Source: an uncultured Chloroflexia bacterium (GTDB lineage: Bacteria > Chloroflexota > Limnocylindria > Limnocylindrales > CSP1-4). From it: a DNA stretch of 64,000 nucleotides. The stretch spans positions 1,184,001-1,248,000 of the forward strand of contig CAWEYL010000001.1 in assembly GCA_963813335.1 (NCBI GenBank). The letters run 5' to 3'. The notes under the pieces are model-generated. The model searched no databases and was not told the origin of the DNA. It saw only the letters and a list, made by a program, of their open reading frames with translations. The translations under genes were made by a program, and so were the position numbers. Shown piece by piece: positions 61,843-64,000 of this stretch (its first letter is position 1; each line of letters begins with the position of its first letter).

Positions 61843-64000
61843 CCGATCACGCGCGAGCCCGCGAACTGGCGGCGGCGGCCTTCGACTTCGAGCTCTCGAA
61901 CGAGGATCGCGCCGAGCTGCGCGAGCATCTCGCCGGCTGTGCCCAGTGCCACGTCTTCAACGAGGGCCTGGCTGCAGACGCCCGCGGCCTTGCCGCGCTT
62001 CCGCTCGAGGACGCGCCGACCGCCGTGCGATCCCGGATCGTGGACGGCGAGCCGGCCGCCACCGGCTCGGTGCCGGCCGACAGCGCAGCCCCGGCGCCGA
62101 AGCGACCCACGCCGTTGCTGCCATTCCGCTACCGCCGTCCGGCCGCCCTCGTCGCGACCGCGGCGGTCGTCGTGGCGCTCGTCGGCGGCGTGCTCGTCTG
62201 GGGGTCGCACCCAGGCGACGGCGGGATCGCGGCAGCCAGCCCGTCAGCGAACGTCCCGACCGATTCCGGGTGGCAGACCATCGGCCCGGGCGGGTCGCCC
62301 GGCGCTCCCGGCGCGTCCGGCGCTCCCGGCACCCCTGAAGCGACCCCAGCCACCGGCGAGTGGCACGCCGTCGCAGCCCTGGTCCCCGAGGGCTCCGACA
62401 CGGCGACCGTCGAGCTCGATGGCAGCTTCCGATTGACGAGCCTCGACGGCACGCCGCCGGCCGAGCTCGCGGCTCGCGTCCGGGTCGACCCAGCGGTCGC
62501 CCTCACGGTGACACCGGAGCCCGACGGCAACGGCGTGCGCCTGACGCCAAGCGAGCCCCTCGCGGCCGGCACTGTCTATCGCTTCACGCTCGCCGGCCCC
62601 AACGGCGAGACCGCGGACTCGTGGGCCTTCCAGACGAGCGCCCCGCTCCACGTGGTTTCCACGATCCCGGAAGACCATGAGACAACGGTGGCGCCGAACA
62701 CGGGCATCGAGATCACGTTCGACCAGGACGGCGTCACCGACGCCGCCTCGCACGTGACCATCTCGCCGAAGACGGCCGGCCGGTTCGAGCAGCATGGCCG
62801 CGTCCTCGCCTTCATCCCGGACGCCCTCAAGCCCGGCACCATCTACACAGTGACCGTCGCCCGCGGCATCACCGCCGGGTCCGGCGGGAAGCCGATGGCG
62901 GACGACCTCCAATTCCAGTTCGAGACCGACAAGAGCGGATCGGGCGTGACGGGCACCACCTTCGAATTCGCGGACCCCCTGTTCGAATCGGGCACGAGCA
63001 GCCGACCGATCATCTCGATGTGGTCGAGCTCCGACGAGGACACGGCGCCACCCAAGTCGGCCCAGCTGGACATCTATCGTCTCGGATCGCTCGATGCCGC
63101 GATCGCCGGCTACCGCCAGCTCGTGGCGTTCCCCGCATGGGCCAACTGGTCCAACGAGCACCCGATCGACACCGGCCCGCTGACGAAGGTCTTGTCGCTC
63201 GATGCGCGGTTCGCCGACCGTCCGAAGGACTCCGGCGGCCTTCTGTGGACCGCCCTGCCGGAGCCACTGCCGGCGGGCTGGTACGTCGTCGAGCATCCGT
63301 CGGCGCGATATCCGATCCAGGCCATCCTCCAGGTGACCGACATCGCCTCGTACCTGCTGGTCACCGACACGAAGACCCTCCTCTGGACGAACGACCTCGC
63401 CACGGGCGGCCCGCTCGTCGCGGCGACGGCCGCGGTGGCCGGCCCTGGCACCGATCTCGGGCCGACCGACGCCGATGGCGTCCTGACGGTCGCGACCCCG
63501 GCGAGCCTGCAGCCGCCTGCCGAGGGTCGGACCTGCGGACTGGACTGCGTCCAGGTCATCAGCGTGACCAAGGGCGGCCGATCTGCCTTCGTCCCCGCGT
63601 CCAACCCGAGCCCCGAAGGGAAGGGTGGATATGACGGCGGGTCCGGAAACCACTGGCTGACGTTCGCGACCGACCGGAGCATCTACCGACGCACGGACAC
63701 GGTGAACCTGTGGGGGATGATCCGCGACCGGAGCACCGGCAATGTGCCGGCCAAGGTCGTGGTCCGCCTCCAGGCCATGGACGAGGAGTTCATCGCGAGC
63801 GGGGCACCGATCTCGACGCTCAGCCTGGAACCCGGGTCGACCGGCACGTTCAGTGGATCCATCGCGCTCGCCGACGTGCCGGAGGGCTGGTACGAGTTGG
63901 AGCTGGTCGTCGGGACGGACGTCGTCCGCCGGGCCGATTTCCAGGTCAGCCGGATCCTCAAGCCGGCCTACCGACTCGAGGTCGACACCGGCCATCGAGC
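61839..64000 (+). CDS. ZAS (zf-HC2) anti-sigma domain - TM - Ig-like (Big_5/SbsA) domains - bacterial alpha-2-macroglobulin MG domains; runs off the window
   Basis: Manually translated single open frame from an ATGA overlap: HLAGCAQC, TM PAALVATAAVVVALVGGVLVW, WAFQT/VVSTIP…IEITF Ig repeats, LQVTDI…WTNDLATG.P…TDADG, TDRSIYRRTDTV, GTFSGSI, FQV…KPAY. Confidence 0.85.
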   Translation, partial: MTDHARARELAAAAFDFELSNEDRAELREHLAGCAQCHVFNEGLAADARGLAALPLEDAPTAVRSRIVDGEPAATGSVPADSAAPAPKRPTPLLPFRYRRPAALVATAAVVVALVGGVLVWGSHPGDGGIAAASPSANVPTDSGWQTIGPGGSPGAPGASGAPGTPEATPATGEWHAVAALVPEGSDTATVELDGSFRLTSLDGTPPAELAARVRVDPAVALTVTPEPDGNGVRLTPSEPLAAGTVYRFTLAGPNGETADSWAFQTSAPLHVVSTIPEDHETTVAPNTGIEITFDQDGVTDAASHVTISPKTAGRFEQHGRVLAFIPDALKPGTIYTVTVARGITAGSGGKPMADDLQFQFETDKSGSGVTGTTFEFADPLFESGTSSRPIISMWSSSDEDTAPPKSAQLDIYRLGSLDAAIAGYRQLVAFPAWANWSNEHPIDTGPLTKVLSLDARFADRPKDSGGLLWTALPEPLPAGWYVVEHPSARYPIQAILQVTDIASYLLVTDTKTLLWTNDLATGGPLVAATAAVAGPGTDLGPTDADGVLTVATPASLQPPAEGRTCGLDCVQVISVTKGGRSAFVPASNPSPEGKGGYDGGSGNHWLTFATDRSIYRRTDTVNLWGMIRDRSTGNVPAKVVVRLQAMDEEFIASGAPISTLSLEPGSTGTFSGSIALADVPEGWYELELVVGTDVVRRADFQVSRILKPAYRLEVDTGHR

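Noticed and set aside
62244-63995. 583-aa minus-strand ORF at the window end
   Set aside because: It is the antisense shadow of the plus-strand anti-sigma/A2M gene, which has the recognisable motifs.

Overview
This is very GC-rich bacterial DNA. Gene content and style suggest a Chloroflexota or Actinobacteria-like Terrabacterium (inference). It is probably a long-read assembly, because about ten single-base indels break otherwise intact genes. The window is mostly core chromosome: a DUF1611/dipeptide-epimerase pair, tRNA-Glu(CTC), an 8-gene ABC-transporter/MoxR/DUF58/VWA operon with a (QG)28 repeat protein, sortase, acyl-CoA dehydrogenase, add, a lpdA-E1a-E1b-E2-lipA 2-oxoacid dehydrogenase cluster, plsY, glpD, nnrE, mutY, a TPP-riboswitch-controlled ECF transporter and metY-metX. 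No CRISPR array, integrase or transposase is visible. The best novelty candidates are: (1) an ECF sigma factor coupled to a ZAS anti-sigma protein whose extracellular part is Ig-like domains plus a bacterial alpha-2-macroglobulin (absent from the ORF track because it runs off the window), a possible protease-sensing signalling system; (2) a two-gene cyclic-nucleotide module (NTT-like transporter-HEAT-cNMP-binding protein plus cyclase-STAND ATPase-TPR protein) inserted antisense into the dehydrogenase operon; (3) a Met-Cys-Met leader peptide with terminator/antiterminator upstream of metY-metX; (4) several structured-RNA candidates, a tandem DnaA-box trio and a pervasive leaderless-promoter architecture.
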